Source: Octopus sinensis (lineage: Eukaryota). From it: 64,000 nucleotides of DNA. Position 1 is the stretch's first letter. Every line of letters begins with the position of its first letter. Where the stretch lies: NCBI RefSeq assembly GCF_006345805.1, contig NC_043018.1, positions 29,140,001 to 29,204,000 on the forward strand, written 5' to 3'. The translations under genes and the position numbers were made by a program. Below are positions 11,673 to 25,026 of the stretch, piece after piece. The notes under the pieces were generated by a model that was not told the origin of the DNA, ran no database searches, and was given only the letters and a program-made list of their open reading frames with translations.

Positions 11673-13364
11673 TGCATACAAATATATACATATATATATA
11701 TACATATATACACACACACACACATATATATATATGTATGTATTTGTCTGTGTTCGTGTGTGTATAATGTGTTTGCATAACGAGACACCAATATGTGTTT
11801 TATAGATATCTACGTCCCTATGCATGTATTCTATAAATATCAGCCTACCTCTGTACTTATATTTCCATGTGAGAAAATTAAAAAATTTCAAAATGTGAAA
11901 TTTATTTTTATTGCTGAAAAAAAAACAAACAAACGAAAAAGACAGTGAGACATAGAATGAAATCAGAAAGTTTGTATTTGAAAATTATCTTTTCTTGTTC
12001 AGGTGAATATTGCAATAAACACCCAACCATAAGAAATATATTGCCATGACAAAATAAAGAACCGTTTTGGCTCGTAATTCACTTACTGTCTGCCAGTTTA
12101 TCTGTCTATATATCTTTCTTCTATTTGTTTGCGTCTCTGAATTTATCCCTCACGACAAAATATATTTTTTCTGTCTTTTCAGCTATATCCAGCTAAATAT
12201 TTACAAGCTCATATAAATATTCACACATATATTAAATGTGTTTCCATACGTGTAAACTTCAATATAAAAGTATGCAAACTACATTTGTATGTATTCAAGT
12301 GATATGTTATCTGCTTTTGAAAGTTTTTGATGGTGAAGTTGTCATGATAAAACAATCTTAGTTGTAACTATTTCTTCTGTTAGCGAGTAAAAGAAACTAC
12401 ATCAGCATAAAAAAATACATTAAATCATACAGCTTCTCATAACTACATCGCCAAAAATATAGTAATGTATACGTGTTTATGCACATCCATTCCATTTTTG
12501 TATATGGCTTGCAAGATTATTGATGTGAACTTGTGTGTTGAAACATATTGTGTTGTATTTTAGAAGGCCATAACGCCAATAATATACACGCACTGATTAT
12601 ATTTTACTTCTATATTTTCATTTGCCGATTGGTTACGCATTTAATCAATTAACTAATCAATTGCATTATGAATCTTTCACTTCATCAGTCAATCAGCCAA
12701 TCAATCAGTCAATCAATTAAAAGCAAGCTTGGTCAAAAATCCTTTTTTTTTTGCTATTTCCTAACTTATTAAATGAGACACCTCTCTAATCCAGATCTTC
12801 TTCCGAGTGTTGTGCTTGTGTCTATTACTGACATAATAATCATCCAGAGATACAACAAAATATATATATTTCCTACTCAGCAGACGTTAAAAGCAGATCG
12901 TTCATTCCTATAAGTATAGTCAAGCATACATCTATATGTAGAATCAAACCTGTTGAATAAGCGAAAAAAAACAGATCATTTATTTCATACAACTACATCC
13001 TTATAAGAGCAGCATAGCAAATGTATGTAAGTATAGCCAGTCTTCTAAGGTAAAAGACAAGGAGGACACATAACGCATTGTTATAAGTAATGTATTGGCG
13101 CATACGTGCATACTGTACGTCCATCTGGAGAAAACAGAAGGCAGATGGTTTCTTATTTACAATTAAATTCGTACGAGTATAGTAAATAGTAAAGCAGAAA
13201 GGCATACGTATATACATACATACTTCCACACACACACACACACATATATATATACATATATATATAGTATAATATAATAGTATATATTTATATGAATATA
13301 ATATATTTATATATATTATGTATTACTGTGTGTATATATATTCTCTTATACATATGTATGTGTC

Positions 13365-13402
<38 letters not shown>

Positions 13403-13480
13403 ATGTATTTATATATAATATATATACATACATATATTTATACATATACACACAGACACACACATGTATATACATGTATA

Positions 13481-13525
<45 letters not shown>

Positions 13526-13651
13526 ATTCAAACATGAAAACACAAAGGACGTGGAACAAGTATAGTATTATTGGACGCTCAGGAAAGAAATATATTTATA
13601 TATATAATATATATATATATATTTGTGGCTACATATATATATGTATATACT

Positions 13652-13717
<66 letters not shown>

Positions 13718-14354
13718 GTGTGTATGTGTGTGTGTGTGAGTGTATGTATACACTTGCATATATATGCATACACATACACACACATTCACATTCTCACATT
13801 CTCCTTGAATAGAACACAAAATATAATTATTTTACTGCGAGAATTGATGTTAAATTCAGCTATTGTAAATCGAAGATAAAGTAATAAAATGTATTAACTG
13901 ATAAAACTTTTTATTAAAATTGCACGAATAGTTGTAATATTAAATCAAAACATTTTTGTAAATTACAGAATGTCTGTGTCCGCAGGGATGCTGTTGTTTC
14001 ATCATAGTCCGTCTTTAAAATTTCGTAACTATCACTAAACGATTAAACAATAGATCTGTTGTTGAGATCAACTTCGGAAAACACTTAGCAGCAAATTCAC
14101 CAAATGCTATGACGTTCCTCTTGTTTTAAAGAAATAATACTGGAAAAACTAGAGAAGGGAGAAGCAAGTAAACAGACGTAATAAATTAACTTTATTTTTT
14201 CATCGTTACGTTCGCCATTCAATTCCCGCCAAAATTACCACTCTACTCAGTTTTCTATTTATTCCGCTTTCTGCATATTTCTAGCTGTCTGGTTATCAGT
14301 TGGTTTATCTATCTATCTATCTCTGTCTCTCTGTCTCTCTGTCTCTGTCTGTCT

Positions 14355-14387
<33 letters not shown>

Positions 14388-14388
<1 letters not shown>

Positions 14389-14544
14389 AATGTAAAGTAT
14401 AGAAGCCATCTTATCATGGCTAACCACATTGGGGAGGGGGTTGTTACTGTAGCTTTATAGCCCCAAGAGATCTATAAAGCTACAGTAACAACCTCCTCCC
14501 CAATGTGGTTAGCCATGATAAGATGGCTTCTATACTTTACATTA
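14388..14544. repeat. Near-perfect 73-bp inverted repeat (hairpin), 11-nt spacer
   Basis: 14388-14460 versus 14472-14544, one mismatch, adjoining (TA)n. Confidence 0.95.
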
Positions 14545-14646
14545 TCGAGCGATTACTGTTTCAATCTCATTCTGAGATTTAATTATGCTATATATATATA
14601 TATATATATAAATGGAGCTTAACGCAGATATAATTCAAATACTTTT

Positions 14647-14734
14647 ATTTCCCACTCATGTTTCGAAGATTTCACTGATATTATTCCAAAGGAATAAATG
14701 GTGTAAAACAATGTAAACTTCTCTTCAGGGAAGT
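14647..14734 (-). ncRNA. Hammerhead motif with non-cleavable G17
   Basis: ACTTCC-CTGAAGA-GAAG...CTTC-GAAA-CATGAG-TG-GGAAAT. Core and helices are present but the triplet is GUG. Confidence 0.6.
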
Positions 14735-16056
14735 GAAGAAATGAAACTCGTCAATAAGACATTTTAACAGAAACTTCTTTTATTTATTCAAATATTATAC
14801 AAAAAATTCCACGTAAACCCGTTTCTACCTTTCAAAACAAGGAGTTACAACCTCTTTACTTGCTTGATTTTTTGCGACCCAGGTAACTATTTATCTATTT
14901 TTTGCGTGTTAATTGTTAACAAGGGAAAATACACTCAGCTATATTCCTCAAAGATGCCCTTCACAAGGACAAGTGTGAATGCCGCCCGAGAGGCGGCTTC
15001 AAGGCTAGTAAATGCAAACATACAAACATTTAGAAATTACGTATCAAATGCGTGCAAAGATATGTAGTATTTAAGTGGTATATTGTTTGTTTCGATAGTT
15101 TTTGATTTCAAAGTTATAAAGATAAATCTACCATAGCTATTTCTATTTCTATTAACGAATGCAAGAGATTCCACTATGCATAAACTTATAGGGACCTGTA
15201 GTTTCTTACAAATATTTTCCTGTAAGTACCGTATTGTATTTGAATATACGTATATCCATTCCCCTTCAGCAGAAGATAAAAACTAGGTCATTTATCTTTA
15301 TGACACGTTACTGAATGTTTAGTGAAGCAGATGTCCATAAGTATACACGTTTCTGATGAGAAGGAAACGAAATCAGATCATGTGTTTCTTATAGTAACAT
15401 TCCTATAAGAAAAAATATGTTTAAATTTGTATTTATTCCCCTGAAGAGGACGACGTTGACAATCATTTATGTCATAAGGAAATTGTTGTTACAAGTGCAG
15501 TTTAGCGTATAGCGTAGATGTATATCAATTTTGGTTAAGTATAAGACAAAGACAGATACTTTATTTGTTATAACTACACTCCTGTTAGTAGATTATCTGT
15601 GTGTATATGTATAGACATTTCTCTTGAGTAGAAGACAAACGTAAATACATTATTTTGCTGAAAGATTTTTTATTGAATTGAATTATTCTAAGTTGTAACA
15701 GAAACAAATAAACTGATTTTACAGATAGAATTTCAATGAAATCAGCAAATTTAATTGATATTTTGATACTTATGATTTTCTGAGAAATATTTCTGAAAAC
15801 TAAATATAGGAGGACTTAGTAAAGTAGCACACATCAATACTTGTCATACTTCATTTTATATTCTTTCACTCTTAATTGAAACCCATCCAAAATTACAGAC
15901 CTGCTTCGCTTCACTCTAATTTCACTCTCTCTCCGTTTCTATATCAATCTATTTATCTGTTTACCTATCTGCTTGTTTCTATCTGTAAATTAAATTTCTC
16001 ATTCACGGCACACGTCTTTGTCTCTCGTTCTCTCGCTTTATCTCGCTAAATAGATA

Positions 16057-17331
16057 CGAGGGACGTTCAATAAGTAATGCCTCTGACCCACTTGAAATTG
16101 TTTGATCCTAGCTGAAATTTTCCATATGCAATTATTTATATTTCTATAGATGAAGTGGCAAATTACAGCTCTGAACTAATTGTGGTTTCTGATTTACAGG
16201 TGTTTGAACTGAGTCAAGTGTGAAATGGATCCTGTTGAGTGTCGAGCAGTGATCCGGTTTTTGTATTTGAAAGGATACACACCATGGGAGACTTTTGATA
16301 AAATGAAAGTAACTTATGGTGATGATGCCCCATCATATGACCTTGTAAAACGCTGGCATCATGAATTCAAACATGGACGGAACTCTGTGGAAACAGCTCC
16401 CAGATCTGGTCGCCCCCCTTCTGCCATTGATGAGGCATCTGTCCGTCAAGTTGAGGCTGCCATTTTAGAAGATCAACGCATAACTATTCGCCAAATAGCC
16501 CATGAGGTCAAGATTAGTACCGGGTCTGTGGAAACTATCATTCATGACCATTTGCATATGCAAAAGGTGTCTGCCAGATGGATTCCCAGGTTGCTCACAC
16601 CTTTCCAGGAGCAAGAACGAGTCGAGTGCTCGAGGATGAATTTGGAGATGTGCCAAGAAGATGAGTCAAAATTTTTCAAAAGGCTGATTACACAGGATGA
16701 AGCCTGGGTCCATCACTATGATCCAGAGACCAAAGCCCAGTCAATGCAGTGGAAGAACCGTGACTCACCTCCTCCAAAGAAGGCAAGGGTGCAGCCCTCC
16801 GCTGGCAAGGTCATGCTCACAGTCTTCTGGGACCAGGACGGAATAGTGATGACAGATTTCCTGGCAAAGGGTACCACAATTACAGGAGCCTATTATGCTT
16901 CACTTTTGAGGAAATTAAGAGAAGCTATCAAAATCAAGAGGCGGGGCAAGATCAGCAAAGGTATCCTCCTCCTGCAGGACAACGCTCCGGTCTACAACTC
17001 GCGTGTCGCCAGATCAGAAGCACAGGCGTGCGGCTATGAACTCCTCCCCTATCCCCCTACTATCCTGACCTTGCACCCTCTGAATTTCACCTCTTCCCAG
17101 CCTTGAAGTTGTTTTTGAAAGGAAAGCGTTTCCCAGATGATACAGCCTTGATTTCTGAAGTCACGTCGTGGTTGGCGGACCAAGCTGGGGTTTTCTACAA
17201 AAGAAAACAATGGGAGAAATGCGTAACTCTGGATGGTTTCTATGTAGCAAAAGACTAATAACTGTGCCAAGTTTCGCTGCTCTACTGCTATGGGAAGTGG
17301 GTCAGGGGCATTACTTATTGAACGCCCCTCG
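16057..17331 (+). mobile_element. Mariner (Tc1/mariner) DNA transposon, copy 1
   Basis: 37-bp TIRs CGAGGGACGTTCAATAAGTAATGCCTCTGACCCACTT with 2 mismatches. TA at both ends (16055-56, 17332-33). Confidence 0.97.
16225..17258 (+). pseudogene. Mariner transposase, frameshifted
   Basis: HTH region, APRSGRP, WIPRLL, TQDEAW, LQDNA. The YSPDLAPSD motif is shifted out of frame by a 1-bp loss. ~20-bp deletion near the C-terminus relative to copy 2. Ancestral stop at 17256-17258. Confidence 0.92.
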
Positions 17332-17333
17332 TA

Positions 17334-17475
17334 CAGTGGCTGTGTGGTAAGAGGTTGCTTCTCAGCCACATGGTTCCGGGTTCATTTTCACTGCATGGCA
17401 CCTTGCTCAAGTGTCTTTCCCTTGATTAGACGAATGCCTTCTGAGTGAGATTTGGTAGACGTAGATTGGAAGAGG

Positions 17476-17534
<59 letters not shown>

Positions 17535-17790
17535 GTATACACACACACACATATGTATATATATATATAGGAGCAACTGTCACTGTGTGGTAACAAGGTT
17601 TCTTAGCAACCACCTGTTTCCCAGGTCCTACTGCGTAGCACCTTAGGCAAGTGACTTCTACTATAGCTTCGGTTCCACCAAAGCCTTGTGAATGGATTTG
17701 GTAGATAGAAACTGAAAAGAATCCCGTCGTGTATATATATATATACTTTTTATTCTTTTATTCTTTTACTTGTTCGACTAAAGCTGGTAC
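17334..17790 (+). mobile_element. SINE family B copy (partly reiterated) abutting the mariner right TIR
   Basis: cagtggctgtgtggtaag...catggttccggg...; a second partial head near 17585. Confidence 0.7.
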
Positions 17791-17855
17791 TCCAGCATGA
17801 CGCATTCAAGTGACTGCAACAACAAAAGAATATATATTATATATATGTACGTGTG

Positions 17856-17911
<56 letters not shown>

Positions 17912-18479
17912 ATGCATGCATTATACATACATACACATTCCACTTTAGTAAAGAGAAACTCAGATCATTTCTTTCTTATAACTGCATTCCTGTATAGAAA
18001 GTTATATGTGTAAATGCAAATACATTTGTTTTGTATGGGAGAAAAAGACAGACAATTTATTTTGCTGTGAGAATTCATATCAAATTCAAGAATCGTAAGA
18101 CAAACAAAAAATAATAAAATCGGTTTGCTTATAAAAGTTTAATTAGATTGAAAGATTATTTGTCACTGTAATATCGACTAAATTTTGGAATATCTACGTC
18201 TTCACTGATGTTGCGATTTCTATAAGTTTATTACTGGAGTCATTTCTTCTTTTCGTTTTTGGATTTGGTTTGCAAGATTCTCTATGTGAGTTCGTGTATT
18301 GAAGCATGTTCTGTTGTGTCTGGGGACCGTCATTTCATTTTTGTGCCTTATAATGTAACACACTCACCGGTAAAATTCCTACTTATTCCTTATTTTTATT
18401 TTCCTAAAATGTTCGTTGGGTCTTGCAACCTTTTCATTAGTCTTGACGCATTTCTTCTTGTTTTAGTCATTCGTCTGCG

Positions 18480-18860
18480 TCCATACTGGGCCACCGCACT
18501 TAAAGGTTTTAGTCAAACAAATCGCGCTTGGTACTTATTTGAAAGTTTGGTATTTCTTGTATCAGTAATTTGGTCGAACTGCTACGTTGCGGGTATGTAA
18601 ATTATCGAACAGCATTTGTCAAGCGACAGCGAGGAGCCAAGTACAAATACGCACGCACAGACAAACACAGTCACAAACACTCGCACACATACATACTCAT
18701 ATATATACACTCGCACACGCACAACCACATATACGACGGGTGTCTTTTAGCTTCCGTTTACCAAATTCACTCCCAAGGCATCAATCGGCCCGCGATTATA
18801 GTACATGACACTTGCCCAAGGTGCCGCCCAGTAGAATTAAAACCTAAATTACGTGATTGC
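18480..18860 (-). mobile_element. SINE family B copy, degenerate
   Basis: Reverse-complement match to family B motifs (gacacttgcccaaggtgcc, ccgtttaccaaattcactc). Confidence 0.65.
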
Positions 18861-19809
18861 AATCCATAATCTTTACCAATATTGGCAGAATTAATCCAGG
18901 CTACTCAACTTGAATCAGAAAATCAGCCATATCTTTAAAGTTTTTCTTTAAAAACACAAGAGAAAGACACGATAGATAGCACATGCTCCAATATCTCTGA
19001 ACAGGCATGATAGTCAAAGAAAGAATGGTTTGCAATCATAGGTCTTTTCTCTTAGAGTAAAACACCACCAATAACTACTTCACCTTGGACCGGAGTAATT
19101 ATCTTTCGAGAAACCACATCAAAGTGAAAATATTTCAAATATAAATACCCTAAAGAATTTGAAATCCAAGAAAAAACGTATAAATCAGTATATATTCAGC
19201 GTGTTGGGTACTTAATGTAATAGCTGTATATTTGTCTTAAAGCAACTCAGAAGCGATGATAGAATACGGACTGACCATTCTTCAAACGCTAGATTATTAT
19301 ATTACCGTCACAAACAACGATGATTATTTCGCCTCTAAGTGAATGAATAAGAGAGCAGATGGTTTTCCTCAAATTAAATGTCAGATAAAATTTTGTCAAG
19401 ATAAAGATATACGATTAACAGGCGTAATATATCTAGAAATGAAGAAATGGAATAACTACTGGTAAAATATAATGTAATTTGATTTGTTAAATAATTTCCG
19501 AAGATTTTAGAAAGACCATAGGTGCACATTTATTGCAGACGATAAGTTTTGAATTCTCTTCCTCCTCCAAAATACAATAAAGATGGTGTCTTCTCCCCTC
19601 TGTATGTTGTATTCTCTACTATGTCCATGCAGAAGTGTAGCTTCGTGTAGGTTACTCGGAACATTTTGCTCAAGGTCGCTCAATGAAGAGAAGCGCTGTG
19701 TAATCTGAGGTAGAGCTCTCAGATTCAGAAATTATCAGACACGCTAAAGGTAGGAGAGCTGCACAAAAACCAAAACTCCCATTGGTTCCACGCATTGCTA
19801 TTACATAAC

Positions 19810-20100
19810 TGGTTCTCCATCAGTTACGACGATCGGTGTTCTGGCTGACTCGATCGACGAAACAGCATGCTACTGAAATTAACGTGCAGGTGAGTGAGCA
19901 TCCCCCAGACACGTGTACCATTAACGTAGTTCTAAGGGAGATTCAGCGTGACACAGAATATGTCAAGGCTGGCCCATTCTATTACAGGTACCACTCATTT
20001 TTGCTACCTGCGTAGACTGGAACAACATGAAATAAAGTGTTTTGATCAAGAAATCCACGCACGGTCTGGAGTTCAACTCGTGAAGTGAACACCAAGCCAC
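19810..20100 (-). mobile_element. SINE family C copy
   Basis: Reverse complement of gttgctccagtc...gctgaatctccc...gagaactacgttaa. Confidence 0.7.
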
Positions 20101-20481
20101 TAATCCACCTCATCGACCCTGGTACCAGAGGTGGTGTCATAGTACCAAGGCCAATCAGATGAATTCGAGGCGTGGTTATTGCTAGCTGAAAACTATTCCC
20201 CCCAAATCTATTCTACTGTTACATGCTCCAAACTTAACCAGGGATTATCTGGTAACATTGCTCTTATAAGCAACCCCATGACACACAAAGTGTAAATCTA
20301 ATGTGGTCATCTTCAGAGGCATGAAGGCCGCAGATCAAGTTCGTAACGACACGATTACCTTCTCTGATACATATCACCAGAATATTCTCTGTTACAGCTA
20401 GAGATACAGATGTTGGTGACGTCACCATTACTTTCTGTAATGAAATGATATGGCGGCGAGATAGCAGAATGCTTATCAGTG

Positions 20482-20770
20482 AAGGCACATGCCCTAGTGG
20501 TTAGAGCAGCGGACTCGCGGTCGAGGGATCGCGGGTTCGAATCTCAGACCGGGCGATGTGTGTGTTTATGAGCGAAACACCAAGGCTCCACGCAATTCCG
20601 GCAGAAGGTAATGGCGAAACTTCTGCTGACTCTTTCGCCACAAGTTTCTCTCACTCTTTCCTCCTGCATCTTGCATCTCACCTGCGACGGACCGGCGTCC
20701 CGTCCAGGTGGGGAACCTATACGCCAAGAAAACCGGGAAACCGGTCCTTATAAGCCAAGCATGGCTCGAG
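20482..20770 (+). mobile_element. SINE family D copy
   Basis: ggcacatgccctagtggttagagcagcggactcgcggtcgagggatcgcgggttcgaatctc is a tRNA-like head with A and B boxes. Confidence 0.8.
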
Positions 20771-21202
20771 AAGGAACAATGGTTATCACGATGAGAAAAA
20801 TGATAGGCGGCATGTTGTTCGTCTTTTTGTTCAGAGATCAAATTCCACCGAGGTCGACTTTGCTTTTCATCCTTTCGGGGTCGATATAATAACTACCAGT
20901 TGAGCGCTGGGGTCAACGAAACTGAATTCTTTCCCTCAGACATTACTGGCTTTGTGCGAAAATTTGACATCAATATACTTATATCACCAAATTATTTCCT
21001 AGTATGTCTACAGATTACAGCTTTTGGTAATAGCGTCATTATATCTTCTCGCATACATTTCCAGAATATTGGGCTAGTATAGCGACAGAAACTGTCACTG
21101 TCAGGTACAGCAAGAAATGGTGATAACAATATTACACTTCAAAATGTCACAGACGTAACACATATTGATTTCTTCTCCTTTGAATATCAGACATAAATTT
21201 AT

Positions 21203-22363
21203 ATACTTCAATATAGGTGCAGCAGTGTGGTAAGTCGCTTACTTACGAATCACATGGTTCTGTGTTCAGTCCCACGGCGTGGCACCTTGGACAAGTGTCT
21301 TCTACTATAGCCTCGGACCAACCAAAGTGGATTTCGTAGACGGAAACTGAAAGAAGTCCGTCGTATATACGTATATATGTATATATGTGTGTGCGTGTGT
21401 GTGTGTGTTTGTGTGTCAGTGTTTGTCCCCCTACCCCCAACATGACTTGACAATCGATGCTGGTGTGTTTACGACCCCGTCACCTAGCGGTTCGACAAAA
21501 GAGACCGATAGAATAAGTACAAGGCTTACAAAGAATAAGTCCTGGGTTCGATTTGCTCGACTAAAGGCGGTGCTCCAGCATGGCCGTAATCAAATGACTG
21601 AAACAAGTAAAAGAGTAAAAGAATATATAGGAAAAATTTTGATAGTACTCCTTCGTTGCCTAGCGATACCAGTTTCAAATTAGAGCAGAGTTGCCAATGT
21701 ATATCGGCCATACAGATATAATATGAACTGGTTTTAAATTTTGGCACAAGGCCAGCAATTTCGACAAGACATCTCCATCTCGTATACACCCCGCTGAATG
21801 GTCAGCTTCAGAACACTACGGATGACAGAACGGTGAGAGAAACAATAATATATTAAGTAGCGAAAACTGAAACAGTTTCTCAGGGAAAAATTTGTGTATC
21901 ATCATCATCATCATCATCGTTATCATCATCATCATAATCAGCAGCAGCTGACTTGTTTCAGTCATTTTATTACGGCCATTCTGGAGCACCGCCTTTAGTC
22001 GAGCAAATCGAACCCAGGACTTATTCTTTGTAAGCCTTGTACTTATTATATCGGACTCTTTTGCCGAACCGCTAGGTGACGGGGACGTAAACACACCAGC
22101 ATCGGTTGTCAAGTCATATAGGGGGTCGGGGGACAAACACTGACACACAAACTCACACACACACGCACACACATATATACATATATACGTATATACGACG
22201 GGCTTCTTTCAGTTTCCGTCTACGAAATCCACTTTGGTTGGCCCGAGGCTATAGTAGAAGACACTTGTCCAAGGTGCCACGCAGTGGGGCTTGAACACAG
22301 AACCATGTGATTCGTAAGTAAGCGACTTACCACACAGCCACTGCTGCACCTATATTGAAGTAT
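21203..22363. repeat. Inverted duplication of a family B SINE plus flank
   Basis: 21203-21608 (+) and 21951-22363 (-) share private variants and the non-SINE flank atacttcaatataggtgcagcag. Confidence 0.85.
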
Positions 22364-22372
22364 GCAGTACTT

Positions 22373-22403
<31 letters not shown>

Positions 22404-22585
22404 CATAAGAATGACGGTTGCCGCCATATCAAATGCATAATTAATGCTGGCACTTCGCAGGAAGAGTTTAGAATTTCCTGTTACCTACCTGATGCTCTCA
22501 ATGCTCTCAGAGTTTCCTGAAGATATAAAATAACATCTCCCTCCAAACAACGCCAGACACACTCATACGATTGTATACATATATA

Positions 22586-22667
<82 letters not shown>

Positions 22668-22888
22668 ACATATATATATATATATGTATGTATGTATGTA
22701 TGTATATATACACATTTGTGTGTACATATATATATACATGTATATATATATATACATATAGACATACATGTATATATACATGTATACACATACATGCAAG
22801 TATTTAATTATGTACATGTATGTGTATAGAAATATGTATATATATATATATGCATGTATATATATATATGTATGTATATGTATGTACG

Positions 22889-22947
<59 letters not shown>

Positions 22948-23666
22948 TCGCAATATATGGATTCAAGTAACCCGGTAGTACTCATAATAAAAGAAAGCTC
23001 CTTAATGTACCATTCTATGAAACATATAGTACGATAGAAAACAAAATGATAAGGAAAATGATGAGGAGTGTATAAAGTTATAAATGATTAAAAAAATACT
23101 ATTAAGAAAACTTATTTAACTGTGAAAAAATTCAAATCTCACTACAAAGATTGCAATGTTTTAAAATTGTTTTTACAAATACTGTAGATAAGTAAGTAAT
23201 TTATTTATTATTAAATTTTTATGATATAAATTATCTTTACCTGATTAAAGTTACGAAACAATTTGTCGTGCTATTTGAATTTTCTTATAGTTAAATAAAT
23301 TCTTATACTATTTCTCTCGTCAATTATAACTACACACAGACACATACACACATGTAATTACACACACGCACACACTTATATATAACACACTTTAACAATA
23401 TCGACCAGGCCATCAGATACTGTTAAACATGTCTGATCTCAATGTTCTTTAATTCAGGCTTGATTGTGACATTTTTTCCTTCTCAATTCAAACTGCTTTA
23501 CCAAATCGTCTTCCTATATTCGGTGAGGCCTTCCAAGTCACCTTTTCTGATTTTTTTCCCATTCACATGGCTTTGGTCGACCGAGGCTATAGTAGAAGAT
23601 ACTTGCTCAAGGTGCCACGTACTGGGACTGAATCCGGAACCATATGGTTGGTAAGCAAGCTACATA

Positions 23667-24962
23667 CGAGGGACGTTCAATAAGTAATGCCTCTGACCCA
23701 CTTGAAATTGTTTGATCCTAGCTGAAATTTTCCATGTGCAATTATTTATATTTCTATAGATGAAGTGGCAAATTACAGCTCTGAACTAATTGTGGTTTCT
23801 GATTTACAGGTGTTTGAACTGAGTCAAGTGTGAAATGGATCCTGTTGAGTGTCGAGCAGTTATCCGGTTTTTGTATTTGAAAGGATGCACACCATGGGAG
23901 ACTTTTGGTAAAATGAAAGTAACTTATGGTAATGATGCCCCATCATATGACCTTGTAAAACGCTGGCATCATGAATTCAAACATGGTCGGAACTCTGTGG
24001 AAACAGCTCCCAGATCTGGTCACCCCCCTTCTGCCATTGATGAGGCATCTGTCCGTCAAGTTGAGGCTGCTATTTTAGAAGATCAACGCATAACTATTCG
24101 CCAAATAGCCCATGAGGTCAAGATTAGTACCGGGTCTGTGGAAACTATCATTCATGACCATTTGCATATGCAAAAGGTGTCTGCCAGATGGATTCCCAGG
24201 TTGCTCACACCTTTCCAGAAGCAAGAACGAGTCGAGTGCTCGAGGATGAATTTGGAGATGTGCCAAGAAGATGAGTCAAAATTTTTCAAAAGGCTGATTA
24301 CACAGGATGAAGCCTGGGTCCATCACTATGATCCAGAGACCAAAGCCCAGTCAATGCAGTGGAAGAACCGTGACTCACCTCCTCCAAAGAAGGCAAGGGT
24401 GCAGCCCTCCGCTGGCAAGGTCATGCTCACAGTCTTCTGGGACCAGGACGGAATAGTGATGACAGATTTCCTGGCAAAGGGTACCACAATTACAGGAGCC
24501 TATTATGCTTCACTTTTGAGGAAATTAAGAGAAGCTATCAAAGTCAGAGAGGCGGGGCAAGATCAGCAAAGGTATCCTCCTCCTGCAGGACAACGCTCCG
24601 GTCTACACTCGCGTGTCGCCAGATCAGAAGCACAGGCGTGCGGCTATGAACTCTCCCCCTATCCCCCTACTATCCTGACCTTGCACCCTCTGAATTTCAC
24701 CTCTTCCCAGCCTTGAAGTAGTTTTTGAAAGGAAAGCGTTTCCCCATTCCCAGATGATGCCTTGATTTCTGAAGTCACGTCGTGGTTGGCGGACCAAGCT
24801 GGGGTCTTCTACAAAAACGGTCCCAGAGCTGCATCAAACAATGGGAGAAATGCGTAACTCTGGATGGTTTCTATGTAGCAAAAGACTAATAACTGTGCCA
24901 AGTTTCGTTGCTCTACTGCTATGGGAAGTGGGTCAGGGGCATTACTTATTGAACGCCCCGCG
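23667..24962 (+). mobile_element. Mariner DNA transposon, copy 2
   Basis: Same TIRs as copy 1; TA at 23665-66 and 24963-64; different flanks from copy 1. Confidence 0.97.
23835..24889 (+). pseudogene. Mariner transposase, frameshifted
   Basis: Near-identical to copy 1. Carries an extra +1/-1 frameshift pair around the second catalytic Asp and an in-frame TAG after the shared frameshift. Confidence 0.92.
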
Positions 24963-24984
24963 TATATGTGTGTGTGTGTATTAA

Positions 24985-25026
<42 letters not shown>

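Noticed and set aside
15346-15384. CTGATGA...GAAA...TC motif
   Set aside because: Helix II has only one pair and helix I is out of register by two bases.
20482-20550. tRNA gene
   Set aside because: A and B boxes continue into a SINE body shared with 4085-4385, and the cloverleaf stems are imperfect.
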